In this document: piece after piece, positions 25,844 through 36,314 of the stretch
How the letters are laid out: every line of letters begins with the position of its first letter
How positions within the stretch are numbered: the stretch's first letter is position 1
Source: Rhodothermales bacterium
Lineage (GTDB): Bacteria; Bacteroidota; Rhodothermia; Rhodothermales; VXPQ01
Assembly: GCA_040904565.1 (NCBI GenBank)
Contig: JBBDTI010000072.1
Coordinates: 1-64,000 of the forward strand
Direction: 5' to 3'
DNA length: 64,000 nt
Notes under the pieces: model-generated
What the model was told of the DNA's origin: nothing
Seen by the model: the letters and a program-made list of their open reading frames with translations, nothing else
Database searches by the model: none
Position numbers and translations under genes: made by a program

Positions 25844-28800
25844 CGGTCGCGGCTCGGCTTTTCCTTGGAATCACCCTCCGCCGTCGTTTCCCCATCGGTA
25901 GCCCGGTCCTCCAGCGGCAAAATAAGTGTGGCACGCGTGCCCTCGCCGGGAGTGCTCTCCATGTCGAGGCGGCCTCCGATGTGCCGCAGCCGCTGTTGCA
26001 TCTTGGACAGACCCGTACCGCCCTCCTTCCCTGGATACGATTTCTGCGCCGCCGTCACGTCGAACCCTGAACCTCTGTCTTCGACGAAAAGGACGAGCCG
26101 TTCGTCCCTACCGGTAACGTTCAAGCGGGCCCGGTCGACGCCGGCGTGCTTGACTACATTGAAGAGCAGTTCACGCACGAGTTGATATACGAGCGCGCGG
26201 AGATCGGCCGGCAAGTCTACGGCGTCTGAGGATTCTACGTCGACCTTCAGGCCGTGCATCTCCTCCATCTGGGCCGCGAGATAGTCAAGTGCTACGATGA
26301 TGTCCTCCCCTTTTAGCATCGGCGGGCTCAGTTCGACGGTCAGCGTGCGGGTCACGTCCAGGGCCCTGTCGATCAACTCGGTAGCCTGCTCGAGGCGGAC
26401 TGCGTGCTCCTTCGAGAGGCTCTTCAAAAGCGGACTGATTCTCATCTTAAACGCATAGAGCAGCTGCTGCAAGTCGTCGTGAAGGATCTGCGCGATGCGT
26501 TGCCGCTCAGACTGCTCGGTATGGATCAGCTCCGAGGCAAGCTCTTTAACCTGCGCCGTACGCACGGTAAGCAGTTCTTCCAACGTCTCGACGAGCGCCT
26601 CGAGGTGTTCGTCATACTTTTTCTTCTCCGTAACGTCAACGAACGTGATCACGACGCCATCGATGGTGCCGTCAACACTGCGGTACGGCCGGAGGCGAAC
26701 GAGGAACCACTGCCGGCTCGGCACATGCTCTACTTCCCGCTCTATCATCTCGAGCTCGCGCAGGACGCTCGCCGCATCGTCGGGTAAGCTTTCGCTGCCC
26801 AACTGGTGAGCGACCTCAGCCAGGGGTCGGCCCAGATCGGCCCCGTCGATCTGGAAGAGATCCTCCACCCGCGGCGTATAGCGCCTGATGCACAGCTTCC
26901 GATCGAGGAAGATGGTCCCGATCTCGGTGGCGTACATCAGATTTTGCAGGTCACTGTTGATTCCTTTGACCTCCTCGATCTTGCTTTCGAGTTCCTCATT
27001 GAGCGCCAGCAGCTCTTCATTGACCGATTGGAGTTCTTCCTTGGAGGTCTCGAGTTCTTCGGTCGTGGATCTGAGCTCCTCGTTGATCGACCGCATCTCC
27101 TCGTTCGAGGCCGTCATCTCTTCAAGGGCGGCTTCGTGTTCGTTCGTCGTCGCGTGAAGCTGCTCTTTCACTCTATCGAGCTCGGCTTCGAGCTGCCGGA
27201 TGACGGCTTCCGCCTCCTCAAGGCTGGACGGTTCGATCGCATCCGACGCACGTTGCGTCTCCTGCCCGGCGTCCTCCGTGGCTCCAGGCTCGGCGGGCCG
27301 ACGTACGGGTGGATCCACTTCGCAGAACAGGACGTGCACGTGATCGTCCTCGAAACCCGGCTCTGTGACAGGCTCCACGACCAGCTCGATCTTACGGAGC
27401 GTGCCCTCGACGCGGACCGGGATGGCGCGAGACCGCGTCCGCTCGGCCTTCCGGAAGGCCTGGTACAGCGCCGTGCGCAGTTCGAGGCGCAGCTCCTCGC
27501 GCACGACCTTGAGCACGTCTTGCGTCGGCCGACCCGGACTAAACGTAAGGTACGCTTCGCCCCCGCCCAGTGCATGCACGACCTGGTTGTCCTTGCTGAC
27601 GATGACGCTGGGCGGAGCATACGGGGCGATCAGTTTGCGATGAAGCGCTTCAACGCCGAGGAACTCTTCTTCAGGGGCTGCATGCGGCTTCGCTGACGGA
27701 GCCGCGTTCGACGGCGGCGCTGGTGCGGAAAGGGAAGGCCGGATCACGGACACGCCTGCTCGCCGCTGGTAGAGTCCGCATTTCTTGTCTTCCGCCCGAA
27801 ATAACTCGGAGGTGTCGATCGACTCCGCGTTGCCCAGAAAGAGGTAGCCGCCAGGCCGGAGGGCATAGTGAAACACCTCGAAAATACGCCCGTGCACGTC
27901 GCGGTCAAGGTAGATGAGCACGTTCCGGCAGGTAATGAGATCCAGCCTGGAGAAGGGCGGGTCCTGCACCAGATTATGCACGGTGAATACGATCCTCTCC
28001 CGCACCGCCTGCTTGATGAGGTAGCCGCTCGGCTCCTTATCGAAAAACCGATTCAGCCGCTCCCTGGGAACGTCGGCGGAAATAGCCTCCGGATACAACC
28101 CCTCGCGCGCCACGCCGAGCGCGCTTTCCGAGATATCCGAAGCAAATATCTGAAAGGCAGGGGGGCGGGACTGGCGCTCGGCCTCCTCACCTAGCAGCAT
28201 TGCGACGGAATAGGCCTCCTCCCCCGTGGCGCATCCACAGGTCCAGGCGCGCACCGCCTCGCCCAATTCCTTGTCCGCGAACAGCTTCGGAATGACTTTT
28301 TCCAGTGCGGCGAACGCTTCCGGATCGCGAAAGAAATTGGTAACCGTTAGCAGGAGATCATTCAGGAGGTGGTGCACTTCGTCGGGTGTGTCCCGGAGAT
28401 AACCGAGGTAGGCCTTCAGGTCCTCCGCCCCGCAGAGGTGCAGCCGGCGTGTAAGACGGCGCAGAACGGTGGCGTGCTTATAGTGGGTAAAGTCGTGTCC
28501 CGTGCGCGCGCGCAGGTGCGCAATGATCTTCGAGAGCACCGCTCCGTCGGCCCCGGAGAGTTCCTCCGAGTTTTCTGCAAGCGTACCGCGACGTGCGCGT
28601 TGTCGGTACTCCTGAAGCTTCTGGGTTAGCTCGGCCACGGGCAAGATCATATCGACGTGCCCGGTTGCCACGGCACTACGCGGCATCGCATCATATTCGG
28701 CCTCATCCGGGGACTGCGCCATCGTCAGCCCCCCGTGTTCCTTGATCCGCCCGAGGCCCACCGCCCCATCGCTTCCGGTACCCGAGAGCACCACGGCGAC

Positions 28801-29232
28801 GGCATGGCGACCGTGCGTCTCTGCGAGCGTGCGGAAAAAGTGGTCGATGGGGGCGTGCCCGCGCCGCGACCGTTCGGAAAGCTGGAGATGACCGTCGGTC
28901 ATCGAAAGATCCTTTCCCGGCGGGATAACGTAGACGTGGCCCGCCTCCACCCGTACCGGGCCGTGCACCTGGGCAACCGGCATCGACGTGTGCTGCCGCA
29001 GCAATTCCGCCATCTGGCTCTCGTGCTCCGGCGAGAGGTGGACGATGACGACGAAGGCCATACCTTCCGTCTCGGACACGTGGCTAAAGAAGGCTTCGAG
29101 CGCCTTCAGCCCTCCCGCCGAGGCACCAATGCCAACGACGACAAGTTCATCTGGTACTTCCCCGTCTTCCGATTCCCCCAACGAAGGACGAACCGGCTCT
29201 TCTGACGACGACGTATGCTTCTGGATGGCCAT
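25840..29232 (-). CDS. CheB-CheR-PAS-histidine kinase (HisKA_3) fusion protein
   Basis: CheB triad GASAGG / VHLSP / GSDG; CheR GCATGEEAYS, CRNVLIY; NEEL coiled coil; H-box IAQILHDDLQQ; ELLFNVVKHA, DRGSGF. Confidence 0.93.
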   Translation of the reverse strand: MAIQKHTSSSEEPVRPSLGESEDGEVPDELVVVGIGASAGGLKALEAFFSHVSETEGMAFVVIVHLSPEHESQMAELLRQHTSMPVAQVHGPVRVEAGHVYVIPPGKDLSMTDGHLQLSERSRRGHAPIDHFFRTLAETHGRHAVAVVLSGTGSDGAVGLGRIKEHGGLTMAQSPDEAEYDAMPRSAVATGHVDMILPVAELTQKLQEYRQRARRGTLAENSEELSGADGAVLSKIIAHLRARTGHDFTHYKHATVLRRLTRRLHLCGAEDLKAYLGYLRDTPDEVHHLLNDLLLTVTNFFRDPEAFAALEKVIPKLFADKELGEAVRAWTCGCATGEEAYSVAMLLGEEAERQSRPPAFQIFASDISESALGVAREGLYPEAISADVPRERLNRFFDKEPSGYLIKQAVRERIVFTVHNLVQDPPFSRLDLITCRNVLIYLDRDVHGRIFEVFHYALRPGGYLFLGNAESIDTSELFRAEDKKCGLYQRRAGVSVIRPSLSAPAPPSNAAPSAKPHAAPEEEFLGVEALHRKLIAPYAPPSVIVSKDNQVVHALGGGEAYLTFSPGRPTQDVLKVVREELRLELRTALYQAFRKAERTRSRAIPVRVEGTLRKIELVVEPVTEPGFEDDHVHVLFCEVDPPVRRPAEPGATEDAGQETQRASDAIEPSSLEEAEAVIRQLEAELDRVKEQLHATTNEHEAALEEMTASNEEMRSINEELRSTTEELETSKEELQSVNEELLALNEELESKIEEVKGINSDLQNLMYATEIGTIFLDRKLCIRRYTPRVEDLFQIDGADLGRPLAEVAHQLGSESLPDDAASVLRELEMIEREVEHVPSRQWFLVRLRPYRSVDGTIDGVVITFVDVTEKKKYDEHLEALVETLEELLTVRTAQVKELASELIHTEQSERQRIAQILHDDLQQLLYAFKMRISPLLKSLSKEHAVRLEQATELIDRALDVTRTLTVELSPPMLKGEDIIVALDYLAAQMEEMHGLKVDVESSDAVDLPADLRALVYQLVRELLFNVVKHAGVDRARLNVTGRDERLVLFVEDRGSGFDVTAAQKSYPGKEGGTGLSKMQQRLRHIGGRLDMESTPGEGTRATLILPLEDRATDGETTAEGDSKEKPSRDR

Positions 29233-29370
29233 GTCGCATGTCCGATTGTCAAAAAGAGGGCGGAATCGCGTGGACGTTCACGTAAATCCCATGTTATCAT
29301 TTAACAAAAGCGTTCCGCACCTGCTTCTATTATACGCGTTATGAGTGCGGGCACCTTACAATGACTAGAT

Positions 29371-29510
29371 TTGTATCGTATTCGTCAAATTCGCTTCCCC
29401 TCGTGCGAACTGGGCCGGTGCCACGCAGCCTCGAACAAAAACTGCGCCGGTGATCCCGACATGGAAGCCGAGGTGGGAACCTTATTTAAGGCTCGCAAGG
29501 AGGCCTGGAT
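29371..29510 (+). pseudogene. Second Ser/Thr kinase N-terminal leader remnant
   Basis: YRIRQIRFPSCELG...CAGDPDMEAEVGTLFKARKEA resembles WxRIxxLFxxAxEL...CAGDxxLRAEVxSLLxAxxxA. Confidence 0.45.
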
Positions 29511-29593
29511 CTACCGTGAGCTCAGTCGATCTGACGGAATGTGGACCTGCTGGCTTCCGCGCCGAGCCTGCGCGCTCACGCACGCGACCTTCG

Positions 29594-30472
29594 TCAGAGC
29601 TCCAGCCGGCTCAGATATTCATAGCTTTTCGTCACCCCTTCGAAGGGCTCCTCGGTGCCGACCTCTACGATGTAGCCGAACTCGTCGATGTCGCTCATCC
29701 GGGCCGCCTCGAACAGTTCGGGCCAGTCGAGGATTCCGTTTCCGACCGGCACGCCGCCGTCACGGTCCGAACCGAAATCCGACAGATGCAGCGAGGTAAA
29801 CCGGCCGGCGTATTTCTTCAAATACTCTACGACGTCGTATCCTTCCCGACCGGCACCGATCTGGAACTGCATTTTGACGAGGTCCGGATCCAGGAGATCC
29901 ATCAGATGATCGTACTGCGGCTTCCCGTCGATCTCCGGGCCGATGATGTGGTTGTGATACCCGAGCTGGAGTCCGGCCGCCTGGACCGCCTCGCCCGCCG
30001 CATGCGCCTCGTCGGCAAACTGTTTCCACCGGTCCAGCGTGGCTTCTCGCTCATTGAACGGAGCGGAAGAGATGTACATCGTGTGCAGGCGGAGCTTTTT
30101 TGCGAGCTCGATCGCCGAATGCACGTTATCGCCGTTGTTTCCCAGCACCTCGTCACCTGTAAAATGAGAGCTCCGGCAGCGGAGTCCGGCGTCCTCGATG
30201 CGCCGCCGTAAATCCTCCGGATCCGTCGTCTCGTACGTCACGAACTGGCTGTAGCTGGCGGGCGAGCACAGTTCCATAGCGTCGTAACCGATCTCTCGCA
30301 TCCTGCCGAGCGATCCGTCCAGATCGGTGCCCATGGGCTCGCGCACCACCCAGTACTGGAACGTCAAAGGAGCATTGAATCGACTGGCAAACGGCCGGAT
30401 AGCATTCGCCTTCAAGGCGAGGAAACCCATGGCGCTGGTGCCGAGAAACTGTCGTCGGGTCAGGGTCTTCAT
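29594..30472 (-). CDS. Tat-exported sugar phosphate isomerase/epimerase (TIM barrel), paralogue of 10957-11892
   Basis: TRRQFL Tat motif; MELCSP, LGYHNH, KMQFQ, YAGRFTSLHLSD, VGNGILDW. Confidence 0.88.
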   Translation of the reverse strand: MKTLTRRQFLGTSAMGFLALKANAIRPFASRFNAPLTFQYWVVREPMGTDLDGSLGRMREIGYDAMELCSPASYSQFVTYETTDPEDLRRRIEDAGLRCRSSHFTGDEVLGNNGDNVHSAIELAKKLRLHTMYISSAPFNEREATLDRWKQFADEAHAAGEAVQAAGLQLGYHNHIIGPEIDGKPQYDHLMDLLDPDLVKMQFQIGAGREGYDVVEYLKKYAGRFTSLHLSDFGSDRDGGVPVGNGILDWPELFEAARMSDIDEFGYIVEVGTEEPFEGVTKSYEYLSRLEL

Positions 30473-30695
30473 GGTGTACACGTGATTGGAGAGGCTGGAT
30501 GGAATACAGTCAAAGGGATCTGCGCTATCGTCGGCGGGGGAGGAATAATAAACGCCAAGAATGGCGGTAATGCCAGTGCGACGGTCCCCTATTCGGTCCC
30601 TACGAAGAGTACCTACGTAGCGCACCCCTCGAGCGGCCGGCGGGATGCCGTTCGTACCACCCACCGGCGGCATTGCTGCCCGTCGTCGTGCGGAC

Positions 30696-32897
30696 CTATG
30701 CGTGGCTATGATTCTGAGGGCGCATCGAGAGGCTAATCCGGCCGAGCTTCTCGTCGATGTCCGTTACACGTACGGAAACGATCTGTCCGACCTTCACTAC
30801 GTCGGTCGGAGCCTTCACGAACCGGTCCGCCAGCTGAGACACGTGGACGAGCCCGTCGCGCTTGACGCCGACATCCACGAACGCACCGAAGTTGGTCACG
30901 TTGGTTATCACGCCTTCCAGCCTCATGCCTTCCCGCAGGTCGGACATCGTCGTGACATCCTCACGAAAGCGGGCGTACCGGAATTCCTCGCGCGGGTCGC
31001 GGCCGGGCTTTTTAAGCTCGTCGACGATGTCCCGTAGCGTAGGCATGCCGACCGTATCCGTGGCATAACGCCGCGGATCGAGCATCTCGATACGGTCTGC
31101 ATCACCGATTAAGGCCCCCGGCGGCACGCCAAGATCGCTCGCCATCCGCTCGACGACTGGATAGCTCTCAGGGTGAACGCCCGTGTTGTCGAGGGGGTTG
31201 ACACCTCCACGAATGCGCAGGAATCCCGCCGCCTGCTCGAACGTCTTCGGCCCGAAACGATGTACGTCCATCAGCTCCCTGCGCGTCGAGAATGCCCCCT
31301 GCTCGTCGCGGTGCGCGACGATATTCTCCGCGACGGACGCCGTGATGCCCGCCACGAACCGCAGCAGCTCCCTGGAGGCCATATTGAGATCCACGCCGAC
31401 GTAGTTGACGCAGCTTTCGACCGTTTCTTCCAGTTTCCGCTGAAGCAGGTTCTGATCCACGTCGTGCTGATACTGGCCCACCCCGATCGACCGGGGATCG
31501 ATCTTTACGAGCTCGGCCAGCGGATCCTGCAGCCGGCGTCCGATCGAGATGGCGCCCCGCACGGTGACGTCCAGGTCGGGAAATTCATCGATGGCGACCT
31601 CACTGGCTGAATAGACCGAGGCGCCGGCCTCACTGACGAGGACGCAGACCGGCGTATCGCCCCCCTCCGACAGCACCTTCGACGCGAACTGCTCGGTCTC
31701 GCGTCCGGCCGTGCCGTTTCCCACGGCTACGAGCTCGATATCATGCCGCGCCGCGAGTTCGCTGAGCGCGCGGGAAGCATCCTCCTGCCGCACCTCGGAT
31801 CCGTGAGGAAAGATGGTGGCATGCTCGAGAAACTTGCCGGTCTCGTCGAGGACGGCCAGCTTGCAGCCGGTCCGGTATCCCGGATCGATCCCGAGCGTAG
31901 GCCGCATCCCGGCGGGAGCCGCCAGAAGGAGCTCGCGGAGGTTTGCCGCAAACGTTGCCACCGAAGCCGCGTCGGCCTCCTGCTTTTTCTGCTGGCGGAC
32001 GTCGCCGACCAGCGTGTTTTTCATGAGCCGGCCAAAGGCGTCAGCCACCATGGTGGTAAGAAATCCGCGCAGCGTCGGATCGGGCGTCCGTACCTCACGG
32101 TCGGCGAGGTAGGCGAGCACGCGCTCCTCATCGAACGAGAGCTTGACCGTCAGGATGCCTTCGTCTTCTCCGCGGAGCAGCGCGAGCAATTGATGAGCTG
32201 CGACGTCCTTGACCGGGACACGGAAATCCCGGTACGTCTCGAACTGCGTCGTGCCTTTCTTGTACCGGCCCTTGATCTGAGAGGTGAATACGCCCTGCTT
32301 GAGCAGATAGCGTCGGATGCGCGCCCGATAGTTTGCCGTCTCCGCGACGCCTTCGGCCAGAATATCGGATGCACCCTGCAGCGCGTCCTCGGGCGTCGGT
32401 ACCTCTCGATCCGCATCCACATACCCCCCTGCTTCTGCCAGGAGATCCACGCCCGTCGTGATCGATTCGTTCTGCTTCTGAATCCATTCCGCCAACGGTT
32501 CCAGACCGCGTTCGCGCGCTGCCGTAGCGCGGGTCCGCCGCTTCGGCCGGAACGGCAGATACAGGTCCTCAAGCTCCGCCTTCTGCGCCGCCGACTCGAT
32601 GCGACGCAGCAGGTCATCCGTCAGCTTGCCCTGCTCCTCGATGGATTGAAGGATGACGTCCTTCCGATCCTCGAGTTCGGTAAGGTATTGATGCCGTTCG
32701 AGGAGACTCCGCAGCTGGATCTCGTCCATCCCGCCGGTCTGCTCCTTCCGATAGCGGGCGACGAACGGAACCGTGCCTCCGCCGTCGAAGAGCTCGAGCG
32801 CGTTATTGATCCGCCAGGGTTCGAGCGCCAGCTGCTTCGCGAGCGCGCGGCGGATATCGAGCCTGCCTGTTCGCTGAGAAGTGGTGTTCGGGCGCAC
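30696..32897 (-). CDS. tex: Tex family RNA-binding transcription accessory protein
   Basis: TVPFVARYRKEQTG, LEDLYLPF, GIDPGYRTGCK, EAGASVYSAS, SIGVGQYQHDV, C-terminal S1 domain. Confidence 0.95.
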   Translation of the reverse strand: MRPNTTSQRTGRLDIRRALAKQLALEPWRINNALELFDGGGTVPFVARYRKEQTGGMDEIQLRSLLERHQYLTELEDRKDVILQSIEEQGKLTDDLLRRIESAAQKAELEDLYLPFRPKRRTRATAARERGLEPLAEWIQKQNESITTGVDLLAEAGGYVDADREVPTPEDALQGASDILAEGVAETANYRARIRRYLLKQGVFTSQIKGRYKKGTTQFETYRDFRVPVKDVAAHQLLALLRGEDEGILTVKLSFDEERVLAYLADREVRTPDPTLRGFLTTMVADAFGRLMKNTLVGDVRQQKKQEADAASVATFAANLRELLLAAPAGMRPTLGIDPGYRTGCKLAVLDETGKFLEHATIFPHGSEVRQEDASRALSELAARHDIELVAVGNGTAGRETEQFASKVLSEGGDTPVCVLVSEAGASVYSASEVAIDEFPDLDVTVRGAISIGRRLQDPLAELVKIDPRSIGVGQYQHDVDQNLLQRKLEETVESCVNYVGVDLNMASRELLRFVAGITASVAENIVAHRDEQGAFSTRRELMDVHRFGPKTFEQAAGFLRIRGGVNPLDNTGVHPESYPVVERMASDLGVPPGALIGDADRIEMLDPRRYATDTVGMPTLRDIVDELKKPGRDPREEFRYARFREDVTTMSDLREGMRLEGVITNVTNFGAFVDVGVKRDGLVHVSQLADRFVKAPTDVVKVGQIVSVRVTDIDEKLGRISLSMRPQNHSHA

Positions 32898-32900
32898 CGC

Positions 32901-33740
32901 TCAGCCCATGTGCGTATGCAGATCCTCGCGCCGATGCTTCTTCCGAAGCTTGCGGAGTGCTTTCTCCTTGATCTGCCGGACGCGCTCCCGGGTGAGTCCG
33001 AAACGCTGGCCGACCTCCTCCAGCGTCAGGCGATGCTCGCGGCCGATGCCGAAGTACAGCCGCGTGATTTCAGCCTCGCGCGGACGCAGCAGACTCAACG
33101 CGTGCTCGATGTCGATCTTCACGGACTCGTCGAGCATCCGATCGTCCGGAGAGTCATCTTCATCACACGGGACGACGTCCAGTAAGCTGTTGTCGTCCTC
33201 GTCGTTGAACGGGGCATCCATCGACAGATGACGCTTCGCATGCTGCATCGCATCGCGAACCTTATTGACGGCGATATCCAGCTCTTCCGCCACCTCCTCG
33301 ATGTTCGGGGCCCGCTCGTGCTTCTGCTCGAGCTTGGCCCGCGTCTTCCGCACCTTGGATATGGTACCGATACGGTTCAACGGCAATCGCACGACACGAC
33401 TCTGCTGCGCCAGTGCCTGCAGGATCGCCTGGCGTATCCACCAGACGGCATAGGAGATGAACTTGAACCCGCGCGTCTCGTCAAAACGCTTCGCCGCCTT
33501 GATAAGACCGTAGTTGCCCTCATTGATCAGGTCGGCGAGCGTCAGACCCTGACCCTGATACTTCTTGGCGACGGAGACGACGAATCGAAGGTTGGCTCGC
33601 GTCATTTTGTCCAACGCTTCCTGATCCCCTTCGTGAATGCGCTGCGCCAGTTCTACTTCTTCTTCTGGTGTGAGAAGCGGAATCTGGCCAATCTCGTGCA
33701 GATACTGATCCAGCATCCGTTGCTGGCGTGAATCATACAT
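32901..33740 (-). CDS. RpoD/SigA-family RNA polymerase sigma factor lacking region 1.1
   Basis: [58 protein letters not shown]. Confidence 0.95.
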   Translation of the reverse strand: MYDSRQQRMLDQYLHEIGQIPLLTPEEEVELAQRIHEGDQEALDKMTRANLRFVVSVAKKYQGQGLTLADLINEGNYGLIKAAKRFDETRGFKFISYAVWWIRQAILQALAQQSRVVRLPLNRIGTISKVRKTRAKLEQKHERAPNIEEVAEELDIAVNKVRDAMQHAKRHLSMDAPFNDEDDNSLLDVVPCDEDDSPDDRMLDESVKIDIEHALSLLRPREAEITRLYFGIGREHRLTLEEVGQRFGLTRERVRQIKEKALRKLRKKHRREDLHTHMG

Positions 33741-34017
33741 AGGCTGATCAGCCGATTAAGTGATAGTAGCAATGAGGCCGAATTTTGCGGTGGACTACTT
33801 AGGAAAATTCAAGGATACTGGCGGACTAATAAGACGTGCACGGCGGAAAAGTACGATCGAAATTCCCCGTATTATCCCGATGTGACCATAATATCCACGG
33901 ATCGCGTGCTGCCATGTTCCGATCTCTTTACAATCCGGATGCGCCACCGAACCGAATCGATCGAGGTGTCGTACGATGCCCATCGCTTCACGCAGTAGAG
34001 AATTCCCCAAGTGCGCC

Positions 34018-34428
34018 ATGAACATGTTGTCGCTTTTACTCCTTTCGAGCGCCGTCTCCCTTACGATGGCCCTGGGTCCCATGCAAGACGACCCGAATGC
34101 AACGAACGAGAAGGACGGACCGGTGCGTCACGTCGTCGCATTTAAATACACGTCGGATGCAACGGACGATCAGATCGCCGAAGTCACTGACGCCTTTCGG
34201 GAGCTCCGGAACAGCATTCCAGGTATCGTGAGCTTCGAGTACGGCATCAACAACAGTCCGGAAGGTCAGAACGACGGCTTCACGCACCTCTACCTGATCA
34301 CCTTCGAAGATGAAGCAGCTCGTGACGCCTATCTCCCTCATCCCGAACACGAGAAGTTTGGCGCGCTCCTTGGAAGGTTGGGCGTCCTGGAGGACGCCTT
34401 CGTGATCGACTACGTGCCGCAGGAATAG
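34018..34428 (+). CDS. Dabb family stress-responsive A/B barrel protein
   Basis: VRHVVAF, IPGIVSFEYGINNSPE, GFTH, RDAYLPHPEH; N-terminal signal-like segment. Confidence 0.9.
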   Translation: MNMLSLLLLSSAVSLTMALGPMQDDPNATNEKDGPVRHVVAFKYTSDATDDQIAEVTDAFRELRNSIPGIVSFEYGINNSPEGQNDGFTHLYLITFEDEAARDAYLPHPEHEKFGALLGRLGVLEDAFVIDYVPQE

Positions 34429-34442
34429 CGGGACGGTGATGC

Positions 34443-35471
34443 TCAAGCCTCTTCCCGCAGGAACGATTCGGCTTTCCGCACCATCTCGCTGCTGCCGATG
34501 TACAGCGCCGTGCGCTGATGCAGGCTTTCGGGCTGGATATCGAGAATGCGGCGATGGCCATCCGTCGCGCGTCCGCCGGCCTCCTCCACGAGAAAGGCCA
34601 TGGGATTCGCCTCATACATCAGGCGCAACTTGCCGTCCGGGTACACGGCCGTGGCCGGATAGATGTAGATCCCGCCCTTCAACAGGTTGCGGTGGAAGTC
34701 GGAGATAAAGGACCCCGTATACCGCGTCTTGTGCGCCTGCGGCTTCTCCTGCTCGTGTTTGAGCCAGTGCATGTAGCGCTCCAGACCCGCCGTAAATGCG
34801 GCGGCATTGCCCTCGTCGATCGAGTAAAAGCGGCCGGAATCCGGCGTCTTGATCTTCGGATGGGAAAGCATGAACTCACCTACGGAAGGATCCAGCGTGA
34901 AGCCGTTGACGCCGTCGCCGGAGGTGTAGACGAACATCGTCGAGGAGCCGTAGATAATGTATCCGGCCGCCACCTGCTCGACTCCTGGCTCGAGGACGGA
35001 ATCCAGCGTAGGCCGGCCGAAGTCTTCCGGAAGCCGGAAGACGGAGAAGATCGTGCCCACCGAAACGTTCACGTCGATGTTCGACGATCCGTCGAGGGGA
35101 TCGAGGAGGACGACGTACGAGCTGTCGTTCTGCGGACGCGTATCGACCGGAATAATCTCGTCGCTCTCTTCCGAAACGATGAGCCCACATTCACCGCCCA
35201 GCCGAAGGGCTTCGATAAATTCGGTGTGGGCGATGACGTCGAGCTTCTGCTGGATTTCTCCCTGCACGTTGACCGCATCGGTCGCGCCCGTGACGTCCAG
35301 CAGTCCAGCACGGCCGATGTAACTGTTGACCACCTTGGCAGCGATGGAAAGGTCGCGGATGAGCCGGGAGAAGCTGCCGGTTACCAGGCGAAGCTGATCC
35401 TGACGCTCGAGGATGAACTGCTCGAGCGTCTTATAGCGACTCGAGGGGCGTCTAACGGTCGGTGCAGACAT
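34443..35471 (-). CDS. fbp: Class 1 fructose-1,6-bisphosphatase
   Basis: NVQGEIQQKLD, VSEE, DPLDGSSNIDVNVSVGTIFS, GKLRLMYEANP. Confidence 0.95.
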   Translation of the reverse strand: MSAPTVRRPSSRYKTLEQFILERQDQLRLVTGSFSRLIRDLSIAAKVVNSYIGRAGLLDVTGATDAVNVQGEIQQKLDVIAHTEFIEALRLGGECGLIVSEESDEIIPVDTRPQNDSSYVVLLDPLDGSSNIDVNVSVGTIFSVFRLPEDFGRPTLDSVLEPGVEQVAAGYIIYGSSTMFVYTSGDGVNGFTLDPSVGEFMLSHPKIKTPDSGRFYSIDEGNAAAFTAGLERYMHWLKHEQEKPQAHKTRYTGSFISDFHRNLLKGGIYIYPATAVYPDGKLRLMYEANPMAFLVEEAGGRATDGHRRILDIQPESLHQRTALYIGSSEMVRKAESFLREEA

Positions 35472-35809
35472 GAAATGTTTCTCGCTGTTGAAAGATAGAC
35501 ACATTCAACGCCCGCCTGTACGTGGATCGACGAACGCCATTGTGTCAACTGGTCAAGAACAAGAACAGGGAATCCGTGATACCGTTTCCACATGAGGTTC
35601 TACGAGATGATGCGGTAGCACTCTCTATGGGCCGCCGGATCAGCATATTGGCTCGCTTTCGCCGCGGCCTCGTTCGTCAACGGCCCCGACACGTTCTCAT
35701 TGAGAAAAGGTTGTAGCGATCCACCGGTACCTCGAACACGGGCCCCTGCCGTCGATTCCACTAGATAGACGAACGAGTGAATCCAGTATCATCGACAGCA
35801 GGCTCCGTT

Positions 35810-36280
35810 ATGGCCCATACATTCACGGTCCGGACCGGCGCATTCGACTCAGGCACCGCTCTTCCGGACAAATACACGTGCGAAGGAGAGAACGTCTCAC
35901 CGCCATTCACGCTCGACCACGTACCGGACGCGGCGAAGACACTCGCCATCATCGTTGACGACCCCGATGCGCCCCGTAAGACATTCGTGCACTGGGTGCT
36001 CTTCAACGTTCCGGCCTCGGCAACCGACCTCCCCGAAAACCTGGACATCGAGGCCGACCTGCCGCCCGGCGACGCTTTGGAGGGTGTGAATGATTTCGGC
36101 GACATGGGATACGGCGGCCCGTGCCCGCCGCCGGGTGCCGACCATCACTATCAGTTCCGCTTTTATGCCCTCGACACGCCGCTGGACGTCGCTCAAGGTG
36201 CGACGAAGAAGCAGGTTACGCAGGCCATGGACGGCCACGTGCTTGCCGAAGCGGAAGTTGTCGGTACCTATCGGCGATGA
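35810..36280 (+). CDS. YbhB/YbcL family (PEBP/RKIP-like) protein
   Basis: YTCEGENVSPP, DDPDAP..FVHWVLFN, GYGGPCPPPG..HHYQF. Confidence 0.92.
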   Translation: MAHTFTVRTGAFDSGTALPDKYTCEGENVSPPFTLDHVPDAAKTLAIIVDDPDAPRKTFVHWVLFNVPASATDLPENLDIEADLPPGDALEGVNDFGDMGYGGPCPPPGADHHYQFRFYALDTPLDVAQGATKKQVTQAMDGHVLAEAEVVGTYRR

Positions 36281-36314
36281 GCGGAACGAGCCGCGATACG
36301 AGATCCGTAGCGCC

